DNA of 64,000 nucleotides, from the NCBI GenBank assembly GCA_964016885.1, contig OZ024740.1, positions 87,606,001-87,670,000 of the forward strand, in the 5' to 3' direction. Made by a program: the position numbers and the translations under genes. Of this stretch, positions 63,010-64,000 are shown in pieces. The notes beneath the pieces were generated by a model, which saw nothing but the letters and a program-made list of their open reading frames with translations, did not search any database and was not told where the DNA came from. Every line of letters begins with the position of its first letter. The stretch's first letter is position 1. The DNA comes from Eledone cirrhosa. Lineage: Eukaryota.

Positions 63010-63500
63010 AATGATAGGAGGCAGAGTCCACGATCATTTGTTTCTACAATCCCAAATCATCCCACTGTCATATGCATTTGGTCATATGCATCTGGGACTA
63101 CTTTGACATTCCAGTCTCCTAAGATGATGAAGATGTAATTTTTCTCCAGATCCTCATAAAACTCATCAACATCATCATAATTGAGTGTTGATGCATAGAC
63201 TTGTATGATGGTAATATTCTGTGATCTTGCAGCCCCATGCATGGTGATGAGTCTGCTGGATACTGATGACTGAGCTCACTCTGGTTTCATTAATGATGAA
63301 ATCCACTATGTTCGTGCTTGGTGTCATCACCACTGTATCACAGTTTGTGGCCCCACCAAATCAAGGCCATCTGACTTCAGCCAGCCCTAAAATATCCAAT
63401 GTGCATCTGGCAAGTTCGTGTAATTTCTTTCATCCTTCCACAAACATAGAGAATGCTGATGTTCCATGTCCCAAGACAGTATGTTCTTTATAAAGGATGA
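63010..63500 (-). pseudogene. AP-endonuclease relic of a different RTE/BovB-like LINE
   Basis: NITIIQVYAST..VDEFYEDLE..ILGDWNVKV (63057-63242), plus an upstream ELARCTLDILGLAEVRWP-like segment in another frame. Confidence 0.75.
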
Positions 63501-64000
63501 TTCTTGATGTAGGTGTCATTGCCATTGTTGTCATCAGGGTGTTCAGGTAAAAAAAACACTTTGATGTCCGGTAGTGACATCCTTAGGGATGGATGGGTAC
63601 ATTGATTATTCTCACTATTGGCTCTGAAAACGTTTCAGCCACACCCTGGAAACTGCTTCTGCTGGCAGGTTAAACTTAATGAAGGACTTGATGCTTAGAG
63701 AGGAGACAGGCACCACCAAGCATTCTAAGGCACACAGAATTACCATGATAGACAAACATATAATATACCAGATCAGTCGAGATACAGAAAACCAATGACC
63801 GCGCTCTCAACTGCTATTGGAGGTGATGAATGTGCAACTGGGACAATGACAACAACCACACAGACCTACTTGCATCTATAATTATAGAACTATTCAGCAA
63901 ACAATTTCTCTAAATAGGTTTGCTGCTAAATTATGAGCAAAGTCTAATGAAAGTTCGCTGACCATCCTCTATTTTGAGTTGTGTTTTGTAAGAAATCATG

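Overview
Eukaryotic, AT-rich, repeat-dominated window with no host exon I can support. The SINE/LINE types and the extreme (TA)n/(TACA)n content suggest a mollusc, probably an octopod cephalopod (inference). Bases 1-30 kb are a microsatellite field interrupted by insertions: one RTE-clade LINE with an intact 1021-aa ORF (APE, RT, PHD-like finger), several disrupted copies of a second RTE family, a tRNA-derived SINE and a CR1-like 3' end. Bases 32-64 kb are intergenic or intronic and carry many Nin/Deu-type SINEs and RTE relics. The main signal is a set of unrelated non-coding elements that carry type I hammerhead ribozymes (HHRs). (i) A 310-bp tandem array at 12066-15150 has 7 units on one strand and about 3 inverted, forms a giant palindrome, and has one minimal HHR per unit. 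(ii) A 466-bp unit sits at 7541-8128. (iii) A ~600-bp unit at 26955-27837 has a U3-A8 core variant. (iv) A tandem HHR dimer lies at 34420-34690. There are also degenerate HHR relics. The four elements share one architecture: partial or complete tandem units, a head-to-head inverted 5' segment, and insertion at (TA)n. They look like non-LTR retrozymes or Penelope-type non-autonomous elements that could produce self-cleaving circular RNAs. All ribozyme calls come from manual motif and pairing inspection, so activity is untested.
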